Below are positions 12,998-26,500 of a stretch of DNA of 64,000 nucleotides, one piece after another. The first letter of the stretch is position 1; each line of letters starts with the position of its first letter. The stretch is from Azolla caroliniana (lineage: Eukaryota; Plantae; Polypodiophyta). The stretch is from contig JBHGNT010000010.1 in assembly GCA_043228905.1 (NCBI GenBank), positions 5,394,001-5,458,000 of the forward strand. Direction: 5' to 3'. Below the pieces are notes generated by a model that was not told the origin of the DNA, searched no databases, and saw only the letters and a list, made by a program, of their open reading frames with translations. Made by a program: the position numbers and the translations under genes.

Positions 12998-15900
12998 TGT
13001 TACACCACGTAAAACCGCGTGCGTGTGCTACTCACGCGGGGCCATGGGGCTCTTGGACTAGGGAGCAACTCAAAGACTACGAGGGCACGAACGTTCAAAA
13101 GTCTCGAAGGCTCTCGTGAGTTGAAAGGTAGATTCAGTCTCAACGGCTCTTTAGACTCGAAAGGCTCGTCGAAGTCGAATGCTCCATAGACTCGACAGAC
13201 TCACTGGAGTCGAAGGCTCCACAGACTCGAACTTGGCTCTTAGAGTCTTAGAGTGATGAGTCGAACAATGATTAACGCGACGTGAGGTTTGGATCAAAAT
13301 ACGCGATTCGCATGAGGTTCACGAGAGTGTGAGGGGTTCACAAAATATTAAGACCAAGAGTTGAAGGCTCCTGGTCTAGTTGAAGGGAGTGATGAGCCGA
13401 ACAATGATTAACGTGTGAGGTTTGGATCAAAATATGCGATTAACATGAGGTTCACGAAATTACGAGGGGTTTACAAAATATTAAGACCAAGGTTCGAGGC
13501 TCTACAGACTCGAAGGCTCCCAGAGTCAATGGGAGTGACGCTTCGAACAAGGATTAATGCATGAGGTTTGGATCAAAATACGCGATCATGAGATTACGAA
13601 GGGTTCACACAATATTAAGACCAAGAGTCGAAGGCTCCTCAATTTCAAAGGCTCCACAGATTCGAAGACTCCTAGAGTCGAAGGGAGTGACGCGTCGAAC
13701 AACGATTAACGTGTGAGTTTTGGATCAAAATACATGATACGAGTGGTGCGCGAGCTTGCCGAACCTCTCATTTGAATCCATCAACATGTAATGGATCTCG
13801 CTAAAGAATTGGCAAGAACTAAGGACCCTAATGTTTGAGAAGAAGAGGAATTTAATAAAACCGTAAGACCTTAATACATTGAGGAGGAGGAGGAGGAGAA
13901 GAAGAAGAAGAAGAAGAAGAAAGACCTCCCAAAACCCTGATGGTGCACTCTTGAAAAACAAAATGAGCGACCCTTATTGGTACGCCCCAAACTGTAAAAT
14001 GGGCGACCCAAAATAAGCCCTCTTCTCTTCCTTTTATAGGAAAAAGATCCGCCTAATTTTGGCATTTAATGCTTTTATTCCCTACTTTTCTTTGAAAAAG
14101 AAAAAGGAATAAATAGTCCTTAATTCGCACCATGTTGCAGAGATTCAAACTCTGTACCCATAGTGCAAAGTCTAATAAGGGCTCTAACCTCTAGCCCACA
14201 CCACATGATGACATCCACCCCCTCAGAACCACACATCCTTCGACATGTGTCATGAAAAGAGGATGATTGGCGGGGACAAAGGTAGTTAGCCTTCAAATCC
14301 TTGACTTCTTGCGTCTCGCATGTGTAATCTTTGTTTCTCCATCTTGATCACGTCCATTCTCCCACCAAAACCATTTTCGCCATCCTATCCACCATACCTT
14401 TTGCCCACACTTTGCACCACCATGACCAATTGTCGTGTCCTTGTCCGCTTTCCTTGAGCATAACCCTTCATGCACCACGAATATGGCACCCTCGTTCCTA
14501 CTGTCTCCTTGGTCAAGGCACTTAAATTGGCCTTGCTTCATCTGATGATCCGCTCTTGCCTTTGTTGGGTCCCATCCAAATGTTGACTTTGACTACTTGT
14601 TGTAGCCTCTTCTTCAAGTACATGCGAGTCCCATTTAGGCCCTTAGACTACCACATTGCATGTTTCCTCCTTTGCCCTCTTTCGTAGTATGCACTCGCAT
14701 TAGAGTTTACCACCTTTCCTTTTATCTTTGTGATAGTGTCCTTGTTCGAGTTGGATGTCACAATCACATCCGGAGGAACACCCTTTATCTTCTCCCGGCC
14801 TATTTGGCCCTTGTCATGCATTGTTGTGCTTTGTTTGGCCTCATCACCCTTTGTATTGGGTTTTTTTACCTTCGCTTCCTTGTTGCCACCTCCTGCTCTT
14901 GGATCTAACTTTGGTTAGGGCCTATCTCTTCAGTGATGGTCCTTTCTCCATTGACCGATATGTCCTCATCCACCATTACCCAAGTCTCTAGAACTTGTGA
15001 GGAGGAAGTCCAAGCGTCTTTGCCGTCCTCATTTGACATGTTGTCCATAGCCACTTCCTCCATGATGTCATTTTTCGTAGCTACCTCCTCAACCATATAG
15101 GCCTCACATTCATTGTCCTTCTCAATCGGGAGCTATTCATTAGGTTGAAAAGGTGTAAAGTTTGAATATTTGATAGCACGGTGTAGATTAAGAACTATTT
15201 ATTCCCTTTGAATGTCGGAATTAGGCACCTCGTTTTCTCTAAAAAAAGAGGAGAAGAGGAAAAAAGTTTTTTTTATATTTTAGATAATAAATAAAAGTGA
15301 ATAGCCTAGTTATTAGAGTTATTCATTAATAGGTTGAAAAGGTGTAGAGTTTGAATCTCTGATAGGCGGTGTGGATTAAGAACTATTTATTCCCTTTGAA
15401 TGCTGGGATTAGGCACCTCGTCCAATTTTGGTTTGGGGTTTACCATTAGAGGTCGCCCACTTTGAGTTTTGGAGCATACCATTAGGTTTCCTTTCCTCTT
15501 CTTCTTCCTATTCGAACTTTAGATTTTTGCCTCTTACTCTTTTCTTCTTCTCCTCCTCATTGTACTTGAGGATTTGGGGTTTATTTTCCATCTTCTTTGT
15601 GAGGAGTTCTCTTAGTTCTTCTCCCTTTTAGGGGTTTTGATTGATATTCTTCTTTGGTAGCTTCTTAAAATTATTGAACTATTCACCTACTTATGTCTAC
15701 TTTTGAGGTTTGGTGTTCTTCTTTGCAATGGAGAATGTTACACGTTAGCGGTTTCGAGAGAAGGGTTGGGCTACCTCACACTCCAGTCATTGAAGGGAAG
15801 GGAATGTGGCACTAGAACACTACATCTTCATGCGAACGACGTAGTCAATGCTGGTAGTCGTGGTCCCAACGGCTCACTTGACTCACTTTCACCAGAAACT

Positions 15901-16998
15901 CCATAGTCTCCACTATTGTTTTTTTTTGTCCTCTAATCATACATGGCCATTTTGTAAAAACCACTGAAATCACGATACTCTATCTCTAATCATTGTAAAC
16001 CCTAATTTGTAAAGAGATCACTTATATATTTTCCTCACATTTTCATCTTAATCTTGTGTACATTCCCTTAATCGCGTATTAAAATCTTATCCTCAGATGT
16101 TAATCATCATTCGGGTTGTCGCTCCCTTCCCATCAAAAGAGCTTTCGAGTGTGAAGAGCCATCGAGTTTGAAGAGCTTTTGACTTTGGGCTCCCTTCGAC
16201 TTTCTGCTCCCCTTGAGTTTGAGCCTTATCCTTTGAGCCCAGGACCTAACGTCCACACCTTCCAAGTCCTTGTGTCCTTCCTGGTCCTAGTTTCCCATGG
16301 TCCCGCTCAAGTAGCACAAGTACATGAGTTATTACGACAATGCTCTTGACGACATGTTGAGTTGCTTCTCATTTTTCTCTTTCCCTCGCCAAACCCATCA
16401 TCATCCTTGACATCATCTCTGCGAAATCATCCTTGGCCATTGTCATCATGCTCTGCCACTCTTTCACGCCAGGGTTCACCAAATTATGTTGTATACACAT
16501 GCATGCATGTGCTACTCAAGTGGGACCACATGGCTTCTTTGACTAGGGAGAATGGAAAGACTAGGGAGGATGGAAAACTTGGAGGGCATGGACTTTTGGA
16601 GACTTGAAGGTTCCTGGGAGTTAAAAGGTCTTCAAACTTGAAGGGTCTTCAGAGTTAAATGGTCACCAGAGTTGAAGGCTCCACAAGCTCAAAAGCTCCT
16701 AGAGTCGACGGGACTAACAAGTCGAATAATGATTAACATGTGAGGTTAGGATCAAAACATGTGATTAGCATGAGGTTCACAAGATGACACCCCAAACCGC
16801 ATAATGGATGATCCGAAATAAGCCCTCTTCTCTTTCCTTTATAGAAAAAAGAGGTGCCTAATTTTGCCAGCATTTAATGCTTTCATTCCCTCTTTTTCTT
16901 CCAAAAAAAAAGTAATAAATAATCTTCAATTCGCACCGTGGTATACACTCGTCCATCACTTTTCCGTTTGCTACCTTTGGCCATGCCACATCATGACA
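12998..16998 (-). mobile_element. Element H: old degenerate non-autonomous gypsy-type LTR element (3' LTR ~12998..14213, 5' LTR ~16487..16998) with an oppositely oriented related LTR fragment at ~15130..16339
   Basis: LTR terminus motif TGTTAC...GTGTG...GGGNCCA...TTGGACTAGGGAG shared with 47739 and 38786. PPT complement TCCACCCCCT at 14214; degenerate tRNA-Trp PBS complement TTTCACGCCAGGGTTCACCA at ~16462-16481; ~140-bp internal repeats at 13250-13750. No clean TSD. Confidence 0.6.
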
Positions 16999-17419
16999 CC
17001 ACTATCGGTTTATTTATTATATATACATATCTTTTTGTGATTGTGACTGAACCATCACTTTTTCCTTTTTCTACCTTTGGTCGTACCACATCACGTCATC
17101 GCTATTTGCCTCTGCTAAGAACCTAGCGTGTTTCTCCTCTTATTATAAGTTTGTTACAAATACCACTATCTACACCTACTCCATGGTTCCTATGAATATA
17201 ATTGTCTACCTTCACTAAAAAACTTATGTTTAAAAAAAAAAAAAGTATATTACTTGAGAATTGTACATAGAGAAAACAAAAGGAGACATTTCATCTCACT
17301 TCTATTGTGATACAAAGGCTAGTATAAGCATATGATCAAAAAGATGATGTCATATATGAAACAAGTGGAGCAATAACTATGAGCTATGGAATAGAAAGGA
17401 AGGCATGGTATAATTCCAC

Positions 17420-18110
17420 CTCAAACCAGAAGTTGTATCTGAAAATAAGTGAAGCCCTTGCCATTGTTTCTTAAAGGCCACATAACGTTGCCATAGAACA
17501 GATTTAGTCGAACCCTACAGATCATCATATTGACCACGTATTGTGTGGACAAATAACATCCAAAATTCAATAAACATGGTGTAGAGATGTATGTGAGCAT
17601 TGTTAAAAACAACATCACATCTCGCTTTCCATATTATCCAAAGATCCAACGACGTAATAGCATGCCAAATAACTAGATTTTCAATTATGAACCATCAAAT
17701 AGAAGATGGAAATGAGGTGAGATAGAGGTGTCCACAGGAAAAGTGAAAGACATGAGAAGCATGCGTACTTTCATACCTCATAACATCTCCATAAAGGATG
17801 CCCTATAATACTGCACCCCAAGAGAAAATAGAATCAGAATAACGTTGTCTCAGCAATAAAAATAACTTACTCCGAAATTGCTTAATCCTAGGACATAATC
17901 AAAACACATGCAAACTAAATTCCATAGGTGCACCACAATGCATTCCGCAAGCATATTGCTGATTTTGCCTCAACCAATCACCAACAAGAAGTGCATAATG
18001 CATCAGTAGCCAATAAAAACAAATAACTTTTTTCGGCAACTGCATACTCCACAACCATTTCCAAAATTTGACAAGTTGCAATGCATGCGTCACAAAATGT
18101 CAATATCAAG
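17420..18110 (-). pseudogene. LINE (L1-like) ORF2 remnant, zf-RVT region
   Basis: ORF 17899..18093 FWKWLWSMQLPKKVICFYWLLMHYALLVGDWL...C..CG.PME...HVF resembles the zinc-binding region C-terminal to LINE RT; disrupted by stops. Confidence 0.65.
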
Positions 18111-18359
18111 ATTTTAACTTCTAACCTTTAAACCAAGGGTCTCACACTCTAACTAATACACAAACTTATTTTAATTAAAAAACATATTTTCATATTATTA
18201 TCATTCAAGAATTATGTGCACTAGACACAATAGATGACCGCCAAATGGCATGCATGGATGTACGCCAAGTGGCACACAACATGTATGCCAAATGGTGATC
18301 ATGCACAATCCTATGTACACTATATAAGTGGAAGATCTACTTAGTGTTGAACTGGAATG

Positions 18360-19633
18360 GTTCAACTCTAGTCTTCAGCAACCTTGTAATCTTGGTTTCC
18401 GGTAATAGAAATTCTTGTCTTCTTGTTTTTTATTATTTATTGTCATTGTGAACCGGAATCCACATTTGTTTTTCTCGAGTATCTATTCAAATTTTCCCGT
18501 CGCAATGGAGACCTTTAGTAAACAAGAGTATATTTGTATTCTATCAGAACTTGACCTCTTAACAAAAAAATTTGTTGCATTGGAACAAGAGAATCAAAAA
18601 CTTCTTGGCGACTTGCAACAAATGAGTGTTGAAAAGGCACAACAACATGAGGAACTCTCGAAATGTGTCCAACAACTTGAAGCTGTTGTGTTATCTCTTT
18701 GACAACAAGCTTCAACCTCTTAAAGTTTGTTGAAGGAACCCAAAATTAGTTTGCCAACAAAGTTTGATGGTACAAGGTCTCAATTTCTAGGATTCTTAAA
18801 TCAGGCACACCTAGAATTCATATGCATCCCAACCGATATCCAAGTGATGCAACTCGAGTGGGGTTAGTTCCTGGAACATTATTGACAGGAACCGCACTAG
18901 CATGGTTTGCACCATTGCTAGAGAAGAAGTCCCCAATACTAGAAAACTTTGATACCTTTATCAACGAATTCCAAGCTAGTTTTGGTGATATTGATAGTGT
19001 AAGAACAACAATAAAAAAGATTCACTGCGCCAAAGAGATCGGCCAACCTCAGCTTATGCAACAGATTTTCGTTTTCTTGCTTGTGATATCCCTTGCGATG
19101 AACCGGCTTTGATGGACTTGCTTCGCCATGGTTTGCGCAATGATGTCAAATACTTGCTCCTAACATTTCATGATGAACCTAAATCACTGACAGAACCTAT
19201 TAGCCACGCAGTTTGATGTGACAATCGTTTGTTTGAAAGATGTTCTGAGCACCAACAAACGTCAACACGCCTTAGATTTGAGCAAGCATTTGCTTCAACA
19301 TTAGCCTCACCACCTTTAGGACCAATGCAAGTTCCTAATCCTAATTCTTTTAATGGACCTACTCCAATGGAGATTGATGTAGCACGTCGTCAAGGTCCTT
19401 TGTCCGAAGCCGAGAAACAACGACGTCGAGCAAATCGACTTTGCCTATATTGTGGTGGTCCAGGACATATAGCAATACATTGTCCACATTGACCAAAGAG
19501 ACATTCCGGTTCAACACCAGTCTTCAACAACCATGTAATCTTGGTTTCCGGTAATAGAAATTCTTGTCTTCTCCTTTGTTATTATCTTCTTTTCTTCCAA
19601 ATTGACATCGTCTTCAAAGCTTGGGTTGTGACA
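18360..19633 (+). mobile_element. Internally deleted chromovirus-like Ty3/gypsy element; only a disrupted gag remains (~18505..19492)
   Basis: Gag motifs EPKISLPTKFDG, LLTGTALAWFAPLLE, PTPMEID, EKQRRRANRLCLYCGGPGHIAIHCP (CCHC knuckle). Direct repeats at ~18360..18423 and ~19509..19573; the second runs to TGTGACA at 19633. Confidence 0.75.
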
Positions 19634-22600
19634 ACATGCACATTATTCACAATCCAATGCTACATGGCAACAAGGCATTTATACTTTGATCGCAACAAAT
19701 AACAAAAACTTGTGTGTTTCTCTTCTTATTATGAGTTTTCACAAATACCACAATTTTCCCCTACTCAGAAAAGAGGCATTTCCTCGACTTTGCTCAATGA
19801 CTTAAATACAAATACCACTATTTGTTCAAGCTAAAAAAATCTCTAAGCACTGTTGAGAATTAAGCTCAACTTGGTCTAGTGTGTGAACTCACCTTGAGAG
19901 TGAAGATACACTCCAACGGTCAAGAGTCACCATTATGTCACCACTTTGTATTCTAGCATTTAGTATGAGTCATAGAATCATATTCTATGACACATAACTG
20001 ATGAGCTTTCACATTCCCCATGCTCCATGAGGCTTCTAGTTAATGAAGAGAGAGGGTGACTACATAAAGCACCCTCCTCCCACCTTGTATAATGTTGAGT
20101 CTTTCTCCTTTGTTAATATACTTTTACCTTGCGTATTCTCTGTGTTTCACTCACTCTCTCTCTCTCTCTTACACACACACACAACTCACATCTCTTCCGC
20201 TTCACAAGAATCCATCTCTTGATTCTTTACATAGTATCAGAGTGATTTGGTAGCTCGATCTAGCCCATTCGCCTCATCGTGATCGTGTGTTGTGCTCCAC
20301 GCCGACGACCAAGAACCAGCTCATCACTATCGTAGCTTCGCTACATAGCTCGCATTCGAAGAGAGAAGAAGAAGAAGAAGAATCGACATAATGAATACTC
20401 AAATGGGGAGCACTCTCCCTACCGAGAAGTTGGATCGAAACAACTTCGCATCTTGGGAGTACAAGATGCACCAATACCTTGTCGGACAAGGTTATTGGAG
20501 CTACATCAAAGGAGCACATGAAGACCGACCCGTCGAAACGGCTCCCGCATATGCGACATGGGAGCAAGCTGCAAGCCGCGTGATATATTTCTTGGCGACG
20601 TGTGTTCATGATCACATGCTCGGCTACATTCGTGAAGCCAAGACGCCAAAGGAAGCGTGGGAAAATCTATGAAAGATTTTCGCCGCCAACATGACTGCAA
20701 GGAAGCTTCAACTCCGCCAAGAGTTGAACAACATTCAACAAAGGGACATGTCCATCATGACATACACCTTGAAGATCAAGGAGCTTTGCGACTCGCTCAG
20801 CTCAATAAGCGTAAGTATAGATGATGATGAGATGGTGCAAATATGCCTTGGCGGCCTCGCACCACGGTTCGGCGCGATGCGAACCGCCGTTCTAGCACGG
20901 GAGAAATCTACCTCCTTCTTTGAGCTCCAATCAATGCTATTGGTCGAAGAAAACCACGTGCGTACAAGGAGCAATGAGTCGGAAGGCCACATGCTCTACA
21001 CGCACTCGAACAGAGGAAGAGGACGCAGACGATCCAGAGGCCGATTCGGCCAAGGACAAGGCGGACAAGGTCCGACCTACGATAACAACTCCCAATTTTG
21101 GCCGCAAAATGGAAGCCAACGAGGAACCTTCGCAAGAAGGGGGAGCTTCCACTCCGGCCCGAGCCATCAAAACGCAACCGAATGCGGATATTGCGGAAAG
21201 CTCAGCCACCACGAAGAAGAGTGCCGAAAGAAGATGCGTGAATCAGCTTCCACAAGCCGATAACTCACGAATTGCGCGCACAATTCCGACTACGAAGAGT
21301 ATAACGGAATGTACGGGCACAACTCCGACTACGAGGATCGTGGCGGAATGTACGCATACAATGGCGGAATGTACGCATACAACTCCGACCGTGGCGGAAT
21401 GTTCATGATGAAACATAGAGCAAACTCTATGTCGGCCTCTACCTCAACTAGTGCCCTCAATCCGGAGGACATATGGTTTGTTGACTCCGGAGCCTCAAAC
21501 CATATGACATCCCATAAAGAATGGTTTCTCGAACTTCGAGAGCCGGAGCGACCCGGTTATGTCGAAACTAGAGATGACACTACACACCCGATTCGGCACA
21601 TCGGCAATGTTCCGTTCGGCGAAAGAGGTAAGAAAACATACATTAAAAATGTCTTGCATGTTCCCACCATCACAAAGGTTTTGGTCTCGGTCGGCCAAAT
21701 GGTTGAGCAAGGGATGCAAGTACGATTCGACCAAGAAGGGTGCTTCATCGAAAAAGAAGGCCGAATCATTGCACGCGGAAGAAGAGAGGGCCGGATGTTC
21801 ATTCTCGATTTGCATGAGATGAAATCCGCCATGTTCACGAAAAGCACGAAAGCCGACTCCGACATAGAGCTATGGCATAAGCGAATCAGCCACATTAATC
21901 TCAACAAACTCAAAGCAATGAAATCGAAAGGAGTCGTCATCGGACTCCCGACATTCAAAGAGAAGGATATTGAAGGTGTATGCGAAGCGTGCCAATTCGG
22001 TAAGCAACACCGACACCCATTTCCGAAGGAGTGGAACGTGAGCAAAGGCGTACTAGACGTAATTCATTCTGATGTATGGGGTCCGGCTCAAACGGCGACA
22101 TTCGGCGGATGCCGATATTACGTGCTCTTCATCGACGACTTTTCTAGGCACACTTGGATATATCCAATGTGGCAAAATAACGAAGTGTTCGGACACTTCC
22201 AAAATTTCAAGAATGAAGTCAAGAAAGCCACGGGCTGACATGTACGTTGTCTTCGATCGGATGGCGGCAAGGAGTACTTCACAGACGATTTCACGGCGTA
22301 TCTCCGAAAGGAAGGAATTCGGCGAGAATTCACTTGCTGACACACTCCGCAACAAAACGGGGTAGCCGAGCGCAAAAATCGGCACATCCTCGAAGTAGCG
22401 CGGGCAATGATGAATGAGAAGCATATGCCCAAGTCTTATTGGGCCGAAGCTGCAAATACGGCCATCTACCTAATGAACTGGTGCACAACATCCAGTGTGC
22501 ATGAGGTCACTCCGCACGAAAAATTCTTCGGAAAGAAGCCGAACCTATCACATGTTTGGAGATTTGGCTCCATTGCGTACGTGCACATCCCCGACGAGAA

Positions 22601-23131
22601 GCGTCAAAAGCTCGAACCGAAGTCGGAGAAACGTATCCTCGTAGGATACTCACTGGAGCAAATGGGGTACAAGTGCTACAACCCCTCAGCTCGAAAATCT
22701 CGAGTAAGTCGAGACGTCATTTTTGACGAGTCCGCATCCTGGTACGCACCAGAGACAACTTCAACTCTGACTCCGCTCGACCCGGAATCCACCGAACAAG
22801 AGATAGAGGATGAAGATCGCCTTACGCGCATGTTCGAAGAAAGTCCGATCACGACCCGACTGAGCAGACCACAAGAGCCTTTGAGTGATCAAAGCACATC
22901 ACGGCGTAGCCCGAAGATGGACAAAGGCAAATAAAAAATGGCGGAATACGTAGACGATCACTTCGACGATGATGCGTCGGCTCACTCACTCGACAGTGAG
23001 TTCGGCGGTTTTGAGGTACCAATCGGAGCTAAGAAAGCCCTCATCTCTACAAATGAAAAGCTCCGCCGATCCACCCGTGAAAAGAACCCTGTAAGCCGAT
23101 TCGGCTACAACGATTATATGGTGTACCATTA

Positions 23132-23518
23132 TGTTAGGAAACAGATCCCTCCGGATGGAAGTAAAAAGAACCGGATGACGAGTATCCGGCTATGGAGGAC
23201 TTGGTGAGAACCGGATGAAGAGTACTCGGCAAGAGCCAGATGGTGAAGACCCGGTGAGAACCGGATGTGGAGTACCCGGCAACGGAAGACCCGGTGAGAA
23301 CCGGATGACGTGTGCCCGACAAGCGCTGGATGATGCAGGCCCGGTGAGGAGTGCTCACCGGATGAAGGGACATATTCGTAAATATGTTTCTGAGAGTCCA
23401 TCGGGGCTATATTTGTAAATATCTGAAAAGTCATATTAGTATAAATATGACTTAGGGCAAACTTAGTATAAGGTGTTGTTGTCATTGTTGTTGTCGCGAT
23501 TGTGAGAGAGCAACCGTG

Positions 23519-23564
<46 letters not shown>

Positions 23565-26500
23565 GCTCGAGATATAGAGAGGTCGTTGCCTCTGTTGTAA
23601 TCGCTGCCTGTGGCAAAGATCGTGAGCTCGAGGTCGTTGCCTCCATGAGCTCACTGTTGTAATCATTGTGATATAGTGATAGGTTGGAGTCTGTGGACTC
23701 CCGTGATTTTTCCCTCTCAGGGTTTTCCACGTTAATATCCTGTGTATTCTCTTTTTTCTTTCTGTTTGTGCACTTACCTCCATTTTCATTTCTTCTGTGT
23801 TCAATTGTACAAAGTGATTCACTCTTTGGTTGTTGCCGGAGACTATTCCGTGTATTCCTCAACAAAGTGGTATCAGAGTGAACCGACATAGAACAATGGA
23901 CGATTCGTTGGGCGGCATGTTCAAGCTCACCGGCTCCAATTATTCAGTATGGAAGTCGAAGATGAGGGACATGCTCGTGGTCAAAGATCTTTGGTTGCCG
24001 GTTCAGTTCGGGGACAAGAGACTGGACAAAATCGATGCCACGATATGGGAGGTCATGCACATGAAGACAACGACGTACATACGGTGCTTCATCGACATGA
24101 GCCTATACAACAAATTCAATGAAGAGAGCAAGGCTCATGAGCTTTGGGAGAAGATCGACATTATGTTTTAGAACAAAAATGCTGTTAACCAGGTTTCGGT
24201 ATTCCGGAAGCTAGTAAGACTCCGGTACCAAGATGGCTCCAGCATGGCGGAGCACATGAATGCCTTCCAGGGGCTGATACACCAGGAAACATCATTGGAA
24301 GTACCTCTCGCCGATGAGGTACTAGCGCTACTCCTGCTCGGTTCCCTCCCAGATAGCTGGGAGACATTGGTTGTCACTTTGGGCAACGTTGGGCCGGAAG
24401 GGAAACGGTTATCCCTAGCAAGAGTGAAGTCGAGCTTGCTAGATGAGGATGCGCGTCGGAAAGATAAGGATACGAACTCCGATTCCAAAGCGCTTCTTAC
24501 CGAATCGGAACGCGGAAGACAAAGGAACCGTAGTCCCCAAAACCGGGAAAAGTCGGGGACACGGTCAAAGTCAAGAGGGAGGCCTACTTGCTTCTATTGC
24601 GGCAAGCCGGGGCACTTCCAGAAGAACTGTCGGCACTTCCGAAAAGACATGGAAACCAACGGTACCGATTCGAAGCGAACACCGGACCGGAACGGTAAAG
24701 ACCGGAGGGGGCCGGACTAGAAGGGAACGATGGCAATCGCGGCAAGTGAAGAAGAGTTGATGCTCATCACCGAGGAGAGTGAGCTAAACCTTGCCGGCGA
24801 CGAGATGACGTGGGTGGTCGACTCCGGAGCGTCATTCCACCTTACCCCGGACTAGAAATGCTTCTCATCCTACTCAGCCGGTGATCACGACTGTGTCCGG
24901 ATGGGGAATGAAGGTACATGCCGAATTGTCGGCATAGGAGACGTGTGGTTGACAACGCCAACCGGATGCAAGCTGATGCTGAAGGATGTCCAACACGTTC
25001 CGGAGGTTCGTCTGAACCTGATATTAGCCGATCGGCTAGATGATGAAGGCTACACGGGTAGCATCCGGAGCGGTGTTATGAAGTTCAACAAAGGGAGCTT
25101 GATTGTGGCTCGGGCCCGGAAGGTCAACACGTTGTACCTGATGAATGCCCGGTTATGCCCGGAAGAAGTGAACGTGGCATCCGACACTGCCGGTGAGTTG
25201 TGGCACAAGAGGCTGTGTCACATGAGCGAGAAGGGGATGAAGAGGCTTGCAGACGACAACCTCATTCCAGTGAAGAACGTGCACTTGGAGAAGTGCATTG
25301 ATTGTCTGGCCGGTAAACAAAACCGGACCTCCTTCCGATCGAGGCCACCGATGAGACGTAATGCACACTGGAGTTGGTGCATACTGATGTATGTCAAGTG
25401 GACACGAAGTCACATGCCGGATCGCAGTACTTTGTGACGTTCATAGATGACCACAACCGGAAGCTGTGGGCCACACTAGTGAAGACGAAGGATCAAGTGT
25501 TATCCGTCTTCAAAGAGCTCCACGCGAGAGTGGAAAGAGAAACCGGCCGGAAGCTGAAGGCGGTTCGAGCAGATAATGGAGGAGAATACCATGGGCAGTT
25601 CGAGGAGTACTGTTGCTCGAAGGGAATCCGGCTCGAATTTACCATGCCAAAGACGCCGGAACTAAACGGGCTGGCCGAGAGGATGAACCAGACCATAATG
25701 GAGAGGGTCCGGAGTATGCTGGCGCATGCAAAACTACCCAAGAAGTTTTGGGCTGAGGCACTGTCGACGGCGACATATGTGATAAACAGATCACCCTCAG
25801 TACCCTTGGACGGAGACAAGCCACAGAGAGTCTGGACCGGTAAGGAAGTGTCCTACCGGTATCTGAAGGTGTTCGGGTGTCTTGCGTACGTGCATGTAGC
25901 TAAGGACCGGAGAGGAAAACTAGATCCGAAGACCCGGCCATGCATATTCCTCGGTTACGACGACGAGGAGTTCGGCTACTGAGTGTGGGACCTGGTCGAC
26001 AAGAAGGTATTCCGGAGTCGAGATATTATCTTCATGGAGGACAAGATGCTCGCCGACTGGGAGTCGGAGAAGAAGATAATGAACTCCGAGTCAACTGGTA
26101 AGGATCGATTCTACGATGAGCAGACCCAACCGGCAAGAGACCGGTTAGCACTCGAGGAACCAGCCGGTTACGGTGAGGATACTGAACTGGTAGAAGAAGA
26201 AGTAGAGGAAGCTGAAACCGGAACCGGCCAAGACCCCGAATCGGATTCAGATAAAGAGCAAATGGAGGAGTCGGTTATCGAAGCCCAAAGACGGAGATAT
26301 CCTCTCAGAGAGAGAAGGCCCCCCCGGAGATTTCTGGATATAGAGCATATGCTGCTAATCGATGAGGGGGAGCCAGAAAGCTTCGAAGAAGCGAAGGATG
26401 ACACCCACAACCGCAAATGGTTAAGTGCCATGCAGGGTGAGATGGATTCCCTGCATGAGAACCATACGTACGAATTGGTGGAGTTGTCGAAAGGAAAGCG

